The notes under the pieces: model-generated
The model's database searches: none
Seen by the model: only the letters and a program-made list of their open reading frames with translations
Told to the model about the DNA's origin: nothing
Shown here: positions 62,209-64,000 of the stretch, in pieces
Position numbering within the stretch: the first letter of the stretch is position 1
Layout of the letters: each line of letters starts with the position of its first letter
Assembly (NCBI GenBank): GCA_964417725.1
Contig: CAYQIV010000009.1
Location: 33,849-97,848 of the forward strand
Reading direction: 5' to 3'
DNA from: an uncultured Chromatiaceae bacterium
GTDB taxonomy: Bacteria > Pseudomonadota > Gammaproteobacteria > Steroidobacterales > GCA-2729495
Length of the DNA stretch: 64,000 nt
Position numbers and translations under genes: made by a program

Positions 62209-63459
62209 CTAACGGTCGATCTCGCCGAAAACGATGTCCTGCGTGCCGATGACGGCAACGACGTCGGCCAGCATGTGGCCCTCGACCATCTCCGGCAGCG
62301 CGGCGAGGTGTGCAAAACCCGGCGCGCGGATCTTGACGCGATAGGGCTTGTTGGCACCATCCGACACCAGGTAGACCCCGAACTCGCCCTTCGGGTGCTC
62401 GACGGCGGCATAGGCTTCGCCCGCGGGCACGGTGTACCCCTCGGTGAAAAGCTTGAAGTGGTGGATCAGGGACTCCATGTCGCCCTTCATGGCCGCCCGC
62501 GAGGGCGGAACCAGCTTGTGGTCGTCAACCATCACCGGGCCGGGGTTGGCACGCAGCCAATCGACGCACTGGCGAATAATGTGGTTTGACTGCCGGAGTT
62601 CCTCCATGCGCACCAGATAGCGGTCGTAGCAGTCGCCGTTGACGCCCACCGGGATGTCGAAATCGAGGTCGGCGTAGACCTCGTAGGGCTGCTTCTTGCG
62701 CAGGTCCCAGGCGATACCCGAACCGCGCAGCATCGGCCCGGTGAAGCCGAGCTGCATGGCGCGCTCCGGGCTGACGACACCGATGTTGACCGTGCGCTGC
62801 TTCCAGATGCGGTTGTCGGTAAGCAACGTCTCGTATTCGTCGATGCGCTTCGGGAAACCTTCCGTGAAGGCTTCGACGAAATCCAGAAGGCTGCCGCGCA
62901 CGGCATTGAGACGACGGACCTCGGCCTCCGAACGCCACTTCGAGACCTGGTAAGCCGGCATGCTGTCAGGCAGGTCGCGGTAGACGCCGCCGGGCCGGTA
63001 GTAGGTGGCATGCATGCGCGTACCCGATACCGCCTCATAGCAGTCCATGAGGTCTTCGCGCTCGCGGAAACAGTAAAGGAACATCGTCATGGCGCCGATG
63101 TCGAGGCCATGGCAGCCAAGCCACAGGAGGTGGTTCAGGATGCGCGTGATCTCGTCGAACATGACGCGGATGTACTGCGCCCGCGGCGGTGGCGTGACAC
63201 CGAGCAGCTTCTCGATGGCCAGCACATAGCCGTGCTCGTTGCACATCATGGACACATAGTCGAGGCGGTCCATGTAACCGATGCTCTGGTTGTACGGCTT
63301 GCTCTCGGCCAGCTTTTCGGTAGCGCGGTGCAACAGGCCGATGTGCGGGTCCGCCTTCTGGATGACCTCGCCATCCATCTCGAGGACCAGGCGCAGCACC
63401 CCATGTGCGGCAGGGTGCTGGGGGCCGAAATTGAGCGTGAAGTTGCGGAACTCGGCCAT
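62209..63459 (-). CDS. nuoD: NADH-quinone oxidoreductase subunit D
   Basis: ATG at 63459 ([31 protein letters not shown]). 416 aa. The longer track ORF is a frame-open extension across nuoC. Confidence 0.9.
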   Translation of the reverse strand: MAEFRNFTLNFGPQHPAAHGVLRLVLEMDGEVIQKADPHIGLLHRATEKLAESKPYNQSIGYMDRLDYVSMMCNEHGYVLAIEKLLGVTPPPRAQYIRVMFDEITRILNHLLWLGCHGLDIGAMTMFLYCFREREDLMDCYEAVSGTRMHATYYRPGGVYRDLPDSMPAYQVSKWRSEAEVRRLNAVRGSLLDFVEAFTEGFPKRIDEYETLLTDNRIWKQRTVNIGVVSPERAMQLGFTGPMLRGSGIAWDLRKKQPYEVYADLDFDIPVGVNGDCYDRYLVRMEELRQSNHIIRQCVDWLRANPGPVMVDDHKLVPPSRAAMKGDMESLIHHFKLFTEGYTVPAGEAYAAVEHPKGEFGVYLVSDGANKPYRVKIRAPGFAHLAALPEMVEGHMLADVVAVIGTQDIVFGEIDR

Positions 63460-63461
63460 CG

Positions 63462-64000
63462 TCAGCTCCGGTCCCGGAGGTCTGCGTCGTAGCGGTTGTC
63501 GTCGCGGATGACGCGCGGCACCAGGGTGCGTGGCTCGATGCTGACCGGCTGATAGACGACGCGCCCCTGTGCCGGGTCGTACAGCACCTCGAGATTGCCC
63601 GACAGGGGGAAATCCTTGCGGAACGGGTGGCCGATGAAGCCATAGTCGGTCAGCAGGCGACGCAGGTCGGCATGGCCCTCGAAGAGGATGCCGTAAAGAT
63701 CGAACGCCTCGCGCTCGAACCAGTCGGCGCCAGCCCAGATGCCGGTGACCGATGGCACCACCGGCGGATTCGCAGGACCGGTATGGACGGTGACGCGCAG
63801 GCGATGGTTGCAGGCCACCGAGAGCAGGTGGTAGACGACCGCAAAGCGGCGCGGCGGGAACGGCGCGTCGGGATCGGCAAGCACCGCGGACGCGGACTGC
63901 GCACGACTGAAGCCCGTGCCGGTCGATTCCTGCGTCTGCCATTCCCCCTGCCCATAGGTGAGGTAGTCCACGCCGCAGACGTCGATGAGGGTGTCGAAGC
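63462..64000 (-). CDS. nuoC: NADH-quinone oxidoreductase subunit C (5' end outside window)
   Basis: ...[20 protein letters not shown]...[30 protein letters not shown] separate gene, not fused to nuoD. Confidence 0.85.
   Translation of the reverse strand, partial: FDTLIDVCGVDYLTYGQGEWQTQESTGTGFSRAQSASAVLADPDAPFPPRRFAVVYHLLSVACNHRLRVTVHTGPANPPVVPSVTGIWAGADWFEREAFDLYGILFEGHADLRRLLTDYGFIGHPFRKDFPLSGNLEVLYDPAQGRVVYQPVSIEPRTLVPRVIRDDNRYDADLRDRS

Noticed and set aside
62209-63942. 577-aa ORF suggesting a fused NuoCD
   Set aside because: The upstream 161 codons are a different frame from NuoC and translate to nonsense. NuoD starts at ATG 63459 (MAEFRNF...), and NuoC is a separate ORF ending at 63462.

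Overview
High-GC (roughly two-thirds G+C by eye) chromosomal segment. Gene order points to a gammaproteobacterium: zipA is present, and both smc-zipA-ligA and metY(tRNA-fMet)-rimP-nusA-infB-rbfA-truB-rpsO-pnp are collinear with E. coli. All family calls below come from motif recognition and manual translation; no database search was run. About 55 genes are supported.

The right two thirds (23.8-64 kb) is ordinary housekeeping:
- a glycogen cluster (glgA, malQ, glgC, glgB, glgP)
- ligA-zipA-smc
- queF, dksA, phaR
- the nusA/infB/pnp operon headed by an initiator tRNA
- complex I genes nuoC to nuoN

The left third (4.5-23.7 kb) looks accessory and holds the things worth a second look:
1. A UbiD-family decarboxylase is translationally coupled to a nitrilase-superfamily paralogue that has lost its catalytic Cys, and to a PspC-domain peptide. 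This operon abuts an intact inverted paralogue.
2. A sensor kinase is followed by three receiver proteins. Two of them carry HD-type output domains: an HDOD domain, and an HD-GYP-like domain that has lost its catalytic motifs.
3. A seven-gene co-directional cluster has at its centre a Tat-exported type II DMSO-reductase-family molybdoenzyme with no beta, gamma or chaperone partner genes. It is embedded among cytoplasmic enzymes (bicupin, amidohydrolase, acyl-CoA ligase, DsbA-like protein) and followed by a PAS protein with a C-terminal Cys/His module.

Outside that region, DksA carries a roughly 170-aa histone-tail-like N-terminal extension and only one of the four zinc-finger cysteines.

No CRISPR array, rRNA, transposase, integrase or recognisable phage or defence genes were seen. 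Many long ORFs in the supplied track are antisense shadows typical of high-GC DNA and were rejected.
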